This document shows, one piece after another, positions 9,797 to 20,253 of a stretch of 64,000 bases of DNA (positions are counted from its first letter, which is position 1; each line of letters opens with the position of its first letter). Both the position numbers and the translations under genes were made by a program. This stretch comes from Candidatus Poribacteria bacterium (lineage in GTDB: Bacteria; Poribacteria; WGA-4E; JAJDTR01). The notes under the pieces were generated by a model. That model had not been told where the DNA came from. It ran no database searches and saw nothing but the letters and a program-made list of their open reading frames with translations. Location of the stretch: the NCBI GenBank assembly GCA_028820655.1, contig JAPPIK010000021.1, positions 30,113 through 94,112 of the forward strand, in the 5' to 3' direction.

Positions 9797-10312
9797 ATGA
9801 CAGATTTTCTAAGTTATATTCGAGATGTGCCTGATTTTCCCAAACCGGGAATCGCATTTAAGGATATTACGCCGCTTCTTCAAAGTAAATCGGCATTTCG
9901 CGACGCCATTGAGGTTTTGAGAGCGAACTATCAACCCAAGGAGGTTGATGTCGTTGTGGGGATTGACGCGAGAGGGTTCATACTTGGCGGCGCTCTGGCG
10001 CATCAGTTGGGGGTTGGTTTTGTTCCCGTCCGCAAGAGTGGAAAATTGCCGTACCACACCTACGAAGCCGAATACGACCTTGAATACGGCACCGATACGC
10101 TTGCCATTCATCAAGACGCATTTGTTCCGGGGAGTCGTGTGTTGATCTGCGACGACGTGATTGCGACCGGCGGCACCATCGCCGCCACTATCGAACTCGT
10201 CGAAAAACTCCAAGCGGAAGTCATCGGGATAGGGGTGCTTATAGAGTTGACCTTTCTCAACGGGCGTGAAAAATTCGAGGGACACGACATCTTTTCTCTG
10301 ATTGAATTTTAG
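9797..10312 (+). CDS. apt: adenine phosphoribosyltransferase
   Basis: PRPP-binding motif VLICDDVIATGGT. APRT N-terminal region DFPKPGIAFKDITPLL. About 171 aa from ATG 9797; the listed ORF has an upstream extension overlapping the aminotransferase gene. Confidence 0.9.
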   Translation: MTDFLSYIRDVPDFPKPGIAFKDITPLLQSKSAFRDAIEVLRANYQPKEVDVVVGIDARGFILGGALAHQLGVGFVPVRKSGKLPYHTYEAEYDLEYGTDTLAIHQDAFVPGSRVLICDDVIATGGTIAATIELVEKLQAEVIGIGVLIELTFLNGREKFEGHDIFSLIEF

Positions 10313-10461
10313 CGGTCGGTGTGCTATACTAATCTAGATTGCGTCTCGGCTCGGAGAATAAAAGCAGTATATTTTTTGAAGTGGGAATTGCCGGGTTATG
10401 AACATAGCTTTTCAATGAAGATTCAGAAGGCTCGGTCATACGAAGGTAGAATCATCCAAAC

Positions 10462-10493
10462 CCCTCATCCGATGTTTTAGATGAGGGATTTTC
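10462..10493 (+). terminator. candidate intrinsic terminator downstream of apt
   Basis: 8 bp stem CCCTCATC/GATGAGGG around a 10 nt loop, followed by ATTTTCAC. Confidence 0.35.
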
Positions 10494-10545
10494 ACGTTCA
10501 GAATCGGTTTGGCGCTACTCGGCGCTAACGTTGACAAGACACGAT

Positions 10546-10618
10546 GCGCCTGTAGCTCAGGGGATAGAGCAGGGGCTTCCTAAGCCTCGTGCCGGGGGTT
10601 CGAATCCTCCCAGGCGCA
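10546..10618 (+). tRNA. tRNA-Arg (anticodon CCU)
   Basis: Cloverleaf identifiable: acceptor GCGCCTG/CAGGCGC, D-arm GCTC-AGGGGATA-GAGC, anticodon loop TTCCTAA, T-arm GGGGG-TTCGAAT-CCTCC. No encoded CCA. Confidence 0.85.
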
Positions 10619-10639
10619 TCATCCATTTTCTAGGAGAAA

Positions 10640-12607
10640 TTGATGTACCAATTCAGTGCATGGAAACTTACATTAATCATTGTCGTACTCGTTTTTGCGG
10701 CGCTGTACCTGATTCCCACCCCCGATTACTTTTTCAATCCGCTCTATGGGAATCTCCCGCCCTGGATGCAGGAAAGATTGTCCAAGTTTGAAGCGACTGA
10801 AGATAACAGCTTGAAGGTCAGCTTGAATGACGTGCAATTTCCGGAAGGGATCAACTTACATGATGCCAAGACGGATTTGAAAGACATTTTCCGTGTACAT
10901 CTGGGTAAACTTGGGTTTGTAGAGGAAACGAATTACGAGTTCGCCGGACCGGAGTCCTCCGATTTTATCGTTAAGTTCCTTCAAGAGAAAAGCACCGCCG
11001 ATCTCCAATCGGTTCTCGAAGATTTGCATCTTTACGGTAGCCTGCCGACGTTTGTGCGCAGGTTGGTTCCTAGCAACCGACTAAAGCTGGGACTAGATCT
11101 CAAAGGGGGAGTTCGCCTTGTGCTCGAGGTTGATCCGGAGCAATCCACGGCGGAGTTGCTAAAAGAACGCGCATCATCCATCCCGGAACGGCTAAGGGCT
11201 GATGACATTCTGTGTAAGAAAGTGGACGTTGTGGCCGACCAGGAATCGCTAAATGTATTCATTGTTGTTAAGAAGAAACACCGGGCCGATGTGGAACAGA
11301 AAGCCGAATACTTGAATAAAGCTCGAAAACTGCTCGATGAAATGGAATATTTTGACGACGCGACGGAGCTTTCTGCAACCGATACCCAGATCGTGTACGA
11401 AATGCGACTCAGCAAGGATGGAATTGAGAAATACAGCGAGGGTGCAATCGAGCAAGTCTTGGTCGTCCTAAGGAACCGTGTCGACGCATTCGGTGTCGCT
11501 GAACCTTCTATCAGGCGGGAAGCCAACAGACCGCGAATTATTGTTGAACTACCCGGTGCAAAGGACTCGTCCAAACCTCTTCAGATTGTCAAGACGATGG
11601 GTAGACTGGAGTTCAAACTTGTGGAGAAGAACCCGAATGGCGGCATCTACTGGTCGGGTTCCGCGGATACCCAACCCCCCGAAGATATCCCTGAGGGAAC
11701 AGAGATAAGTCTTCATCACGATGATGGAACTTCCCAAGCGAATAGTTGGTACGTGTTGAAGAGCCCTGTTCTACTCACAGGTGATCGGATAACTGGGGCG
11801 GGGCCAACTCAAGGGGCGACGGGTTTCGAAATTGCGGTGTCCATGAGCTTCGATTCGGCGGGACGACGTAAATTTGCCGAAGTCACGAGCAACCATGTCA
11901 ATGAAGCCTTGGCGATTCTGCTAGACGGGAGAGTGCAATCGGCGCCAAGGATCGAGGAACCAATCGTCGGCGGACAGGCGCGCATCACGGGGGACTTCAC
12001 ATTTGAGGAGGCAAACTATTTGTCGAATATTCTTAAATCCGGTGCTTTTCCGGTTGGCGTGAGGATTGCCGAGGAACGCACGGTAGGTCCGACGCTTGGA
12101 CAGGAATCAATCGACAACGGCATCAAGGCGGCACTCATCGGCATGGGATGTGTCATCATATTCATGCTAGTTTACTACAAGCTTTCAGGGATAGTCGCCA
12201 TCATTGCCTTGGTATTCAACATGTCGATCCTTCTCGGGGCGCTAGCGGGTTTTGGCGCGGCGTTGACTTTGCCGGGTATCGCAGGGCTCGTTTTGACTAT
12301 CGGAATGTCTGTTGATGCCAATGTTCTTATCTTTGAACGCATCCGTGAAGAGTTGCGTACGGGCAAGAATGTATGGTCGTCAATTGTAAGCGGTTACCAG
12401 AGGGCATTCTTGACAATCGTTGACGCGAATCTTACGACATTTTTCACGGCGCTGGTACTGTACCAGTTTGGGACGGGGCCTATAAAGGGATTCGCGATTA
12501 CGCTCGGAATTGGCATATTGGCAAGTATGTTCACGTCGATTGTTGTTACTCGCGAAATCTACGGATGGGTCATCGGCAAACGCAGCATAGAGAAACTCAG
12601 CATTTAG
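10640..12607 (+). CDS. secD: protein translocase subunit SecD
   Basis: N-terminal TM helix, large periplasmic domain containing LGLDLKGGV, and C-terminal multi-TM bundle. It is immediately followed by secF. Confidence 0.9.
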   Translation: MMYQFSAWKLTLIIVVLVFAALYLIPTPDYFFNPLYGNLPPWMQERLSKFEATEDNSLKVSLNDVQFPEGINLHDAKTDLKDIFRVHLGKLGFVEETNYEFAGPESSDFIVKFLQEKSTADLQSVLEDLHLYGSLPTFVRRLVPSNRLKLGLDLKGGVRLVLEVDPEQSTAELLKERASSIPERLRADDILCKKVDVVADQESLNVFIVVKKKHRADVEQKAEYLNKARKLLDEMEYFDDATELSATDTQIVYEMRLSKDGIEKYSEGAIEQVLVVLRNRVDAFGVAEPSIRREANRPRIIVELPGAKDSSKPLQIVKTMGRLEFKLVEKNPNGGIYWSGSADTQPPEDIPEGTEISLHHDDGTSQANSWYVLKSPVLLTGDRITGAGPTQGATGFEIAVSMSFDSAGRRKFAEVTSNHVNEALAILLDGRVQSAPRIEEPIVGGQARITGDFTFEEANYLSNILKSGAFPVGVRIAEERTVGPTLGQESIDNGIKAALIGMGCVIIFMLVYYKLSGIVAIIALVFNMSILLGALAGFGAALTLPGIAGLVLTIGMSVDANVLIFERIREELRTGKNVWSSIVSGYQRAFLTIVDANLTTFFTALVLYQFGTGPIKGFAITLGIGILASMFTSIVVTREIYGWVIGKRSIEKLSI

Positions 12608-12623
12608 AAAAGGAGACGTTGAG

Positions 12624-13538
12624 TTGGAATTACTTAGAAACGCAAATTTCGATTTTATCAGCAAATACCGAAAAGGATTCATGCTATCGAGTATCTTGAT
12701 TGTCATAGGTCTGATTTTCCTTGGCATGAACGCAGGTCCGAATTTTGGTATCGATTTTCGCGGCGGGGTCAAAATTCAAGCGAAATTCAACCGAGCGGTA
12801 ACAGAAAACGAGCTTAAAGAAAAGCTGGAATCGCTCGGGTTCGGGCGAGCCACAATTCAGGTCAATGCGATACAGCGGGAAGCCTCCATCTCACTTGGAT
12901 ACAGCGCCGATTTTGAGGCGCAAGCCGGCAGAGACATCTCCGAGGGGCTGATTGAAGGGAGTGCCGATTGGAACGCACTGCCTCAAGGGGTGAGCGTTTC
13001 AGCAGTTGGACCAAGCGTTGGGAAAGATCTTAAGTGGGCGGCTTTGTGGTCCGTGCTTTCGTCTATCGTGATCCTACTTGCCTACATTTCGTGGCGCTTC
13101 GAATTTCGCTTCGCAATCGGCGCTATCGCCGCGCTGATTCATGATGTTCTAATTACGTTAGGTGTATTTTCGGTTCTATCCAAAGAGATTAATCTGCCGA
13201 CAATTGCCGCATTCCTTACGATAATCGGATACTCCCTCAACGACACGATTGTCGTGTTCGACCGCATCCGCGAAAACACATTGACGCTAAAGGGCATTGA
13301 ATACAGCGAGACACTTAACCGAAGCATAAATCAATCCCTTAGCCGCACGGTGATTACTTCTCTGACAACTTTCTTTGTGGTGCTTGTGATTTTTTTCCTT
13401 TCAAGTTCGGGCGAGGAGATTAACACCTTTGCGTTGGCGCTCATTGTCGGCGTCATTATCGGCACCTATTCCTCGATTTTCGTGGCAAGCCCAATTTTGC
13501 ATTTGTGGAATCTCAAAACCAGACAGAGCGCAGCATAG
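12624..13538 (+). CDS. secF: protein translocase subunit SecF
   Basis: GIDFRGGVKIQ motif and a 6-TM C-terminal region. Adjacent to secD. Confidence 0.9.
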   Translation: MELLRNANFDFISKYRKGFMLSSILIVIGLIFLGMNAGPNFGIDFRGGVKIQAKFNRAVTENELKEKLESLGFGRATIQVNAIQREASISLGYSADFEAQAGRDISEGLIEGSADWNALPQGVSVSAVGPSVGKDLKWAALWSVLSSIVILLAYISWRFEFRFAIGAIAALIHDVLITLGVFSVLSKEINLPTIAAFLTIIGYSLNDTIVVFDRIRENTLTLKGIEYSETLNRSINQSLSRTVITSLTTFFVVLVIFFLSSSGEEINTFALALIVGVIIGTYSSIFVASPILHLWNLKTRQSAA

Positions 13539-13846
13539 ACATCATCGGTCCTGTGTAGTTCCGGCAACGGCGATCACAATAATACGTCCAAGTGGTTTTC
13601 CCAATTTCGGGGCGTGATGGATTGTACTTGACGGAGAAGGAATCTTAATATCAGAATGTGTTCACAAGTCTGTTTATAATTACAACCTGTCTCCGATGTC
13701 TGAGATTTTTTGCTGCATTTATCAAATCTTCAAATGTGATATGTTGGCACAAATTGAACGCCACCTCCAGCCCCTCGTAGATACAAAACACTGACCGCAT
13801 CAACACCAACGTTTGACAACCCATCCAACACTCTGATTGAATTATC

Positions 13847-14638
13847 ATGGACATCGCTTGGTGGCAATTTCCCTTGGCGGGTAGTCTAATCATCCTTGTT
13901 GTCCTTGCAATAACGTTTGGAGTGATTAGGGCACGGCAGTGCAGCCGACCAACGGCAACCGGCAATGATGCTTCCGAGCAGTCTAATGCGCTCGCCAGAG
14001 AATTGGTACATGAAATCCGGAATCCTCTCAATAGCGTCGGCTTAAATCTTCAACTCATAGAGGAGGATTTGGCGACTGTCGAATCCCGGAAAGCCAGCGA
14101 AGTGTTGAAGCGAACGCGCCGTATTCGCATTGAAATAGAGCGCTTGAATCAGATTCTGACCGACTTTCGCCGTTTCACCGGTTTGCCGCCCCTCTCTCTT
14201 CAGAAGTGCAACCTTGGCGCGTTAATTGTCGAAGTTCTCGAATTCACCGAACCTGAAGCGCAAAGCCGCAATATCACGGTCGTCCGCGAGCTTCAAGATC
14301 TTCCTTCAATCGAACTCGATCCGGATCAGTTTAAGCAGGCGCTATGGAACCTAATCATCAACGCAACTCAAGCGATGGAAACTGGCGGCACATTGACTAT
14401 ACACGCGTCTGCATTGAACGGCAATATCAAACTTGACGTACGAGACACGGGAGTGGGCATCTCTCCGGACATTGCCGATAGAATGTTCGATCTCTTTTTC
14501 CACACGAAGGAAAATGGCACCGGTGTCGGTCTAGCGATTGTAAAAAGAGTCATAGAAGGGCACGGTGGAAGCGTTAGTGTCGATAGTCTGCCAAATCAAG
14601 GTGCCACGGTGTCGATCGTGATTCCCATTAATAGATAA
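13847..14638 (+). CDS. sensor histidine kinase (single N-terminal TM, HisKA plus HATPase_c)
   Basis: H-box ELVHEIRNPLNSV. G-box GTGVGLAIVKRVIEGHGGSV. Confidence 0.8.
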   Translation: MDIAWWQFPLAGSLIILVVLAITFGVIRARQCSRPTATGNDASEQSNALARELVHEIRNPLNSVGLNLQLIEEDLATVESRKASEVLKRTRRIRIEIERLNQILTDFRRFTGLPPLSLQKCNLGALIVEVLEFTEPEAQSRNITVVRELQDLPSIELDPDQFKQALWNLIINATQAMETGGTLTIHASALNGNIKLDVRDTGVGISPDIADRMFDLFFHTKENGTGVGLAIVKRVIEGHGGSVSVDSLPNQGATVSIVIPINR

Positions 14639-14767
14639 TCAATTATATTCAGCACCGGTGGGAAAATCAGTATCCAATTGGAGGAAGTTCCCATTCTACA
14701 CTCATTGCATGAGTGATTTCCCAACGACTTTTTACGACCCATCGCCCCACTCTACGATACCTTATCG

Positions 14768-16237
14768 TTGTGGGACGCTAGTTATTCGGGCGATGAACAT
14801 TATGAACTCGAGCTGCTTGGGTTTGAATCAAAACATGGAGTGAGGACCAAATTGAATCCCCGAATTCTCATAGTGGACGACGATTCATCCGGTCTTGAAG
14901 CCACGGCTGAAGTGTTGAAGCGTGAAGGGTACGACCTCTTCACCGCGACCGGCGCGCGCGCCGCGATTCAGATTCTGGACGCGGAAAACGTCGATGTTGT
15001 GATTACCGACGAAAAGATGCCAGACATGAGTGGTATCGAGTTGTTGAAGTATATTCTCGCCAATCATCCTTATACACAGGTTATTCTCCTTACCGCTTAT
15101 GGCAGCATAGATAGCGCTGTCGAAGCCATCCAGACCGGCGCGGTCTCATACCGAGAGAAGCCAATCAGAATCGAATTACTTCGCCAAACGGTTAAGAGCG
15201 CACTGGAGAGGCGTACGCTTCATCTCCAAAACGTAAATCTACGCCAGCAACTTGATGGGAAGTTCGGTTTCGCGAACATTACCGGTACATCGAAGCCGAT
15301 GCAGGATCTTTTTGGGATGGTTCGGCGCATTGCCCCGACAAATGTAACCGTCTTGATCACGGGAGAAAACGGTGTTGGAAAGGAACTCATTGCCAAAGCC
15401 GTTCACAATCATAGTCGGCGCAAAGACAGATTGTTCAGAGACCTTAACTGCGGGGCGATTCCTCGGGAATTGGTGGAAGGCGAACTCTTTGGTCATGAAA
15501 AGGGAGCCTTTACAAGTGCGACCGCCCGCAGATTTGGCGTATTTGAACAAGCGGATGGTGGAACTCTGTTCCTTGACGAGATTGGGGAAATGACGCCCGA
15601 AACGCAGGTGAGGTTTCTCCGCGTGTTAGAGACCCAGGAATTTAGGCGGCTGGGCGGCGACAAGAACATCCGAGTTGATGTCCGCGTTATCGCTGCGTCG
15701 AATATGGATTTAAATGCCGCAGTCAGAAACGGTTCGTTTCGGGAAGATCTTTACCATCGAATTAACCGGTTCGCGCTGCACGTGCCCCCTCTCCGAGAGC
15801 GGCGAGAGGATATCCCGCTGCTTGCCAGTCAATTCCTACGAGAATTTAGCAAGGAACACGATCTGCCGGTGACGGACATCTCCCCCGATGCTATGAATCG
15901 TCTCAAATATGCGGATTGGCCCGGCAATGTACGTCAACTGCGGAATGCCATTGAAACCGGAGTGATCCTGTCGACAACCGGGGCAGTTCAGCTCTGGGAC
16001 CTTCCGCCGGAAATCCAGGCGGGACCTCCCGCTCTTCCTCCGGCGTCCAACGATTCTGAGGAAATTGTTGGGAGAGTGGGAATGACGATGGACGAGATTG
16101 AAAAGGAAGCCATTCGCAAAACCCTAGCGGACACGGGAGGGAATAAGACCCAAGCTGCAAAGATTCTCAAGATGGGGTTACGCACACTTCATCGTAAAGT
16201 GCAATCTTACGGTCTGGAAAATGAGGAGACTTGGTGA
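14768..16237 (+). CDS. sigma-54-dependent two-component response regulator (NtrC family)
   Basis: REC domain (ILIVDDD...D), AAA+ sigma-54 domain ([20 protein letters not shown]) and a C-terminal Fis HTH. The true start is probably GTG 14840 or TTG 14852, the latter with a GAGG-N7 RBS. Confidence 0.85.
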   Translation: MWDASYSGDEHYELELLGFESKHGVRTKLNPRILIVDDDSSGLEATAEVLKREGYDLFTATGARAAIQILDAENVDVVITDEKMPDMSGIELLKYILANHPYTQVILLTAYGSIDSAVEAIQTGAVSYREKPIRIELLRQTVKSALERRTLHLQNVNLRQQLDGKFGFANITGTSKPMQDLFGMVRRIAPTNVTVLITGENGVGKELIAKAVHNHSRRKDRLFRDLNCGAIPRELVEGELFGHEKGAFTSATARRFGVFEQADGGTLFLDEIGEMTPETQVRFLRVLETQEFRRLGGDKNIRVDVRVIAASNMDLNAAVRNGSFREDLYHRINRFALHVPPLRERREDIPLLASQFLREFSKEHDLPVTDISPDAMNRLKYADWPGNVRQLRNAIETGVILSTTGAVQLWDLPPEIQAGPPALPPASNDSEEIVGRVGMTMDEIEKEAIRKTLADTGGNKTQAAKILKMGLRTLHRKVQSYGLENEETW

Positions 16238-16252
16238 GAGTTGGAAAGACTT

Positions 16253-16268
16253 TGGCGGTGAATTCGCA
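16253..16268 (+). promoter_or_regulatory. weak candidate sigma-54 promoter TGGCGG-N5-TCGCA
   Basis: Has GG-N10-GC spacing and lies about 90 nt upstream of the phytanoyl-CoA dioxygenase gene, immediately downstream of the NtrC-like regulator. It departs from consensus at -24 (CGG) and -12 (TCGC). Confidence 0.2.
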
Positions 16269-16354
16269 GAGAAGCCATTAACTCGTTGAGCTAATCGGGC
16301 AAATTGTAATAACCATGCGATGCGAAAAGAATAACGTACAGGGAATGTACTATC

Positions 16355-17119
16355 ATGACCAACAGGATTCCGATAACAGACGCAACGGTGCGGAAGTACC
16401 ACGACGAAGGGTATTTCACGGTTGAAGGTTTATTCTCGAGTCACGAAGTGGAGGGAGTGAGACGAGAGATTACCAAGATTGTTGAAGATCACCCGCCCGT
16501 GGAGAGGGGGCTCGTGCAACTTGAACCCACCGTCACAGAGGGACAGGACGCGCCCGATTCCACGGAACTCGGCGTCCGCAAACTTGCAAAGATTGCCGTG
16601 CGCAATGACTACTTTCGCGATCTAGCTTTCCATCAGGGAATGGTGACAATTGCGACTACACTATTGGGCACGGATGTATACCTATTTCAAAGCATGTCGT
16701 TACTGAAACCGCCTCGAATCGGCGGTGCGAAGATGTGGCATCAGGACAACGCTTACTTTCGGCAAACCCCGTGCGATGTGTTTGGGTTCTGGGTCGCATG
16801 TGACGATACGACGGTCGAGAATGGTTGTATGCACGTCATACCCGGATCGCACAGGGGCGGAACCAAGGAACACGACATGATAAACAACGATTATATTCTA
16901 GTGAACCCGCCTTCGGCCGAGCACGCGGTGCCGATACCTCTGCGCGCGGGAGACGGGCTTGTTTTTCATGGCCAGATATACCATCACACTCCTCCGAACA
17001 GAACCGACAAACGCCGGCGCGCAATTCAATACCACTATTCCTCTGCCAAATGTCGAAGAACCAACGATAAAACCCCGTATTACATTGAACCTGAAATCTT
17101 GGTTTCCGGGAATCCTTAA
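16355..17119 (+). CDS. phytanoyl-CoA dioxygenase (PhyH) family Fe(II)/2-oxoglutarate oxygenase
   Basis: MWHQDNAYF and HVIPGSHRGG motifs (His-x-Asp...His facial triad). About 250 aa. Confidence 0.8.
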   Translation: MTNRIPITDATVRKYHDEGYFTVEGLFSSHEVEGVRREITKIVEDHPPVERGLVQLEPTVTEGQDAPDSTELGVRKLAKIAVRNDYFRDLAFHQGMVTIATTLLGTDVYLFQSMSLLKPPRIGGAKMWHQDNAYFRQTPCDVFGFWVACDDTTVENGCMHVIPGSHRGGTKEHDMINNDYILVNPPSAEHAVPIPLRAGDGLVFHGQIYHHTPPNRTDKRRRAIQYHYSSAKCRRTNDKTPYYIEPEILVSGNP

Positions 17120-17209
17120 CGTAATTCTATTAGCCAGTACCGGAGAATCCTTGCGATTTATGTCCGAGGGATTGAGAGCGGCGGGCGATTCAGCAAATTC
17201 GTCGGCATC

Positions 17210-19876
17210 TTACGAACGATCGATTACACTGTAGTATATTGCATTAAATAGGAGTTTGAACGTCCCGTGAGATTGCGCTCGATGCTGCGGTTTGAAACCA
17301 AAGAGTATCACGTTCCCTTTCCCGATTATGACATCCAATGCCGCTGCCTTTTGGCGGATGCGTTTTTCTCCCTCAATCCAACCGCTCATTAGCGGGTTAA
17401 AATTGGGATAAGACGCAATTACCCTCCCACCTCTTGCTTCAAAGGCAGGGCCTGACTTAAAGAACACTGCCGTTTCGCGATTTGACCCGTATCCGATTGG
17501 GTGTGTTGTCTCGACGAACACCCGCAACAGGGATCCCGGACAGAAAAACCCGCCTTTTGGAGATTCATGCGTGTTTGCTTGGTTTGATTGCTCCAGGACA
17601 TTTTGCACTTCCAATCCAAAGTATTCTATTGCTAGTTCGCACGCATCGTTCAGGCAAATGAGTGTTCCTCCGTTCTCGGCAAATGATCGTAGGTTGGCGG
17701 CACCCGAGTTTCCAATTCCCCCGGCATACTCCGGGGGGACAGATCCCGGGGAGTGTCCATGGATAATCTCAGCCACGGACATATCGGGCAGAATGATTAC
17801 ATCATATCGTTCCGCCAGTCCGCCGGCTCGTATCTCGGAATCCCTCAACGTGTTGTAAGGGAACTCGTGCTGTTCCAATACCCATCGCGTCCATCCTTCA
17901 TCAATGCTTGCCACCCATGGTTTGTACAACCCAATACGGGGAACCCTTAATGGAATCAAATCATCCTCGGCAGGAATCTCGTCAAGCGCATGAATTTCCA
18001 TTCCAAGCGATTCGGCAAACTCTTTTAGCTCTGACGACAAGTGGACAGGATTTCTCTTGGTTCTAATCAAGATTGAACCTCTCGGAAACACCTTGTCGCG
18101 ATGGGTAAATTCTCGCGTGCACCAAAAGAGTGTTTCGGTCCCCGCGTGCTCGCCACTGCGATTTGACCGGTTCATCAGTCGGTTCACCGCAACCGCTTCC
18201 CGGTTTGTCTGATTCTTTAAAAGAAAAGCTACCGGTTCCGGGATGCTATGCAAAATTCCCCGTTGCTTTGGAATTTCATCGAGTAGCATGGTGTGCACTT
18301 CAAATTGACTGACGACTTCAATGGCATTGACTCCCATCTGCAGAGGCAATGTCCATCCCGCTATGTCATAGGGGCGTTCAGGAGGTGCGTGGGCACTCGG
18401 TCGGCGTCGGGGATACCGTTGGATCTCAAGAAGATCCTTGGCGTGGGAGCGAAAGGGTTGCGCCATAGGGACAACAAACGTACCCGATGGATATTCGACG
18501 CCGTCAGCCGTAAATCGAGCGGTCGCGTGGTGTACCCGCACCCCGCCGTCGTGCAGGATTTCGAGCATTCTTCGCGCGGCGTAAGGATCTCGCTGTTTCT
18601 GAGGCACAAGGAAGGCGCGAGGAGGTTCACTATTGCCCATTTCCACGGCTTCTAGTCCCATTTTATAAAAGTTTGAGAGCAACAGGTCTCTATTTGTCGA
18701 GGCAAACTCAAGAATTGAGTAGACCGATGCCTTTTCATATTCTACGATATCGCGTAGGCGCCACCAACCTCCGGGCCACGGTTCGGGGAAGTTCGTCTGT
18801 TGCGCGTAATTGTCCAGACCTCGCCGATGGCCCTTCAGCCTTAGCCGTGGTTGAAATACCGGCGATGCGATGTTTGCGCTTGCGGCTTCCGTCAGTATGC
18901 CCACCATATTGTGGCGATACGGAACGGTTCGGAATCCGCCGTGCCACCACATATCGTAGACAGCGTTGGACAGTACTCCGGTGAATCCTTCGGAAGTGAG
19001 GTCAAAGGCGAGCTGTGCACCGATTAGGGAGAGTGTCCGTTGTAGAATCGCGGGTATGTTTGGATTGACGGGATCGAAATATGGCGGTATTACGAATCGT
19101 GCGCCCTTATTTTTCATCTGGTGAAGATCGAGGACCACCTGCGGGTACCAATCTTTGTAAAGAAGCTCAGTGACAATCCGCGTTTCCACTTGTGTCAGCA
19201 TAAACCAGTCGCGATTATTATCGTGCCCGGTGTATTTGTGGTATAGCCAAGGCATTGGTGAACTTTCGTAGGGTGTGCCGACCCATTCGTTGTACCAATC
19301 GATCACTTTATTCAGTCCATCGGGGTTCGTGGAAGGAATTAGCAGTATAATGACATTCTCCAGGATTTCTTTAATTCGTGAAGAGTTTTCGGACGCAAGT
19401 TCGTAAGCCAACTCAAGCGACATTTGTGAGGACGCAACCTCTGTCGAGTGCAGGTTGCAGTTGATCAACACGACGGTTTTACCGTGTCTAGCTAATGATT
19501 CTAATTCGGACCGGTCCAACCAATCCGGATTGGCGAGCTTGTATTGATAGTCTTTATGTTTTGCGAGCTGAGTCAAATTGTCCCGTGAGGATATAACGAC
19601 CAACGCAAAATCGAGCCCTTCCGTGGTGTGCCCGCGTATTTCCAAGTTTACCCGGTCGGAGTTTTCCGACAAGTGATGAAAATAATCCAATATCGTCTCC
19701 CATCTTGCGAGTTTGTAATCCGCACCAATGGGAAACCCGATTGAATCTTCGGGAGGGACAATCTGAGCGCGTACGATGACTGATGACAGCAAATAACCAA
19801 ATATAAATATAAACAGGTGAAAGTGTCGGGGTGTCAACTCTATCTCCCTCAATGCTGAGGTATACGGGCGGTGCAC
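17210..19876 (-). CDS. secreted M14-family zinc carboxypeptidase domain fused to a large C-terminal domain (class-I glutamine-amidotransferase-like)
   Basis: Signal peptide. M14 zinc ligands HSTE...NPDG...LDLHQ in the N-terminal ~350 aa. The C-terminal ~500 aa has a ThuA/DJ-1-like segment (VIILPDM...GGTLICLND). Confidence 0.7.
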   Translation of the reverse strand: MHRPYTSALREIELTPRHFHLFIFIFGYLLSSVIVRAQIVPPEDSIGFPIGADYKLARWETILDYFHHLSENSDRVNLEIRGHTTEGLDFALVVISSRDNLTQLAKHKDYQYKLANPDWLDRSELESLARHGKTVVLINCNLHSTEVASSQMSLELAYELASENSSRIKEILENVIILLIPSTNPDGLNKVIDWYNEWVGTPYESSPMPWLYHKYTGHDNNRDWFMLTQVETRIVTELLYKDWYPQVVLDLHQMKNKGARFVIPPYFDPVNPNIPAILQRTLSLIGAQLAFDLTSEGFTGVLSNAVYDMWWHGGFRTVPYRHNMVGILTEAASANIASPVFQPRLRLKGHRRGLDNYAQQTNFPEPWPGGWWRLRDIVEYEKASVYSILEFASTNRDLLLSNFYKMGLEAVEMGNSEPPRAFLVPQKQRDPYAARRMLEILHDGGVRVHHATARFTADGVEYPSGTFVVPMAQPFRSHAKDLLEIQRYPRRRPSAHAPPERPYDIAGWTLPLQMGVNAIEVVSQFEVHTMLLDEIPKQRGILHSIPEPVAFLLKNQTNREAVAVNRLMNRSNRSGEHAGTETLFWCTREFTHRDKVFPRGSILIRTKRNPVHLSSELKEFAESLGMEIHALDEIPAEDDLIPLRVPRIGLYKPWVASIDEGWTRWVLEQHEFPYNTLRDSEIRAGGLAERYDVIILPDMSVAEIIHGHSPGSVPPEYAGGIGNSGAANLRSFAENGGTLICLNDACELAIEYFGLEVQNVLEQSNQANTHESPKGGFFCPGSLLRVFVETTHPIGYGSNRETAVFFKSGPAFEARGGRVIASYPNFNPLMSGWIEGEKRIRQKAAALDVIIGKGNVILFGFKPQHRAQSHGTFKLLFNAIYYSVIDRS

Positions 19877-20253
19877 TGGAAAATCAATTGAAATTAATGG
19901 ACAATCTTCTCAGACTGGGACGACTTGATTCCTGAGAGAATTGAGATGTGCGACATGAGGATCAGGTCATTGAATTGCAGGTTTAATCCTTCCTGGAACA
20001 AAACCAGCGACACAACGTGGATGTTGAGTATAGCGCATGTGTTTCCCTCTGTCAATGTTTCCGACCAATGTTCCTTGACAGGCATTTTTACCTCTGTTAT
20101 GATGATTTTCGAAGAGTAGCGGGATTGTTGATTTGAATCGTTGAAGGAATGCCGCGATAGGTTAATGTAGAGAAGGGATCGGACAACCGGGCGCACAAAC
20201 CGCGTGGACTATCGCCCTATTAGGTCTACCGGGTTTCGCCTTGTGACAGAGAT

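Noticed and set aside
10531-10791. 86 aa ORF, plus a TTGACA hexamer just before the tRNA
   Set aside because: The ORF overlaps tRNA-Arg and the secD start. The TTGACA lies only about 10 nt before the tRNA 5' end, too close to serve as a -35 box for it.
11032-11574. 180 aa minus-strand ORF inside secD
   Set aside because: It is antisense to SecD coding sequence and has a low-complexity, Ser-rich translation.
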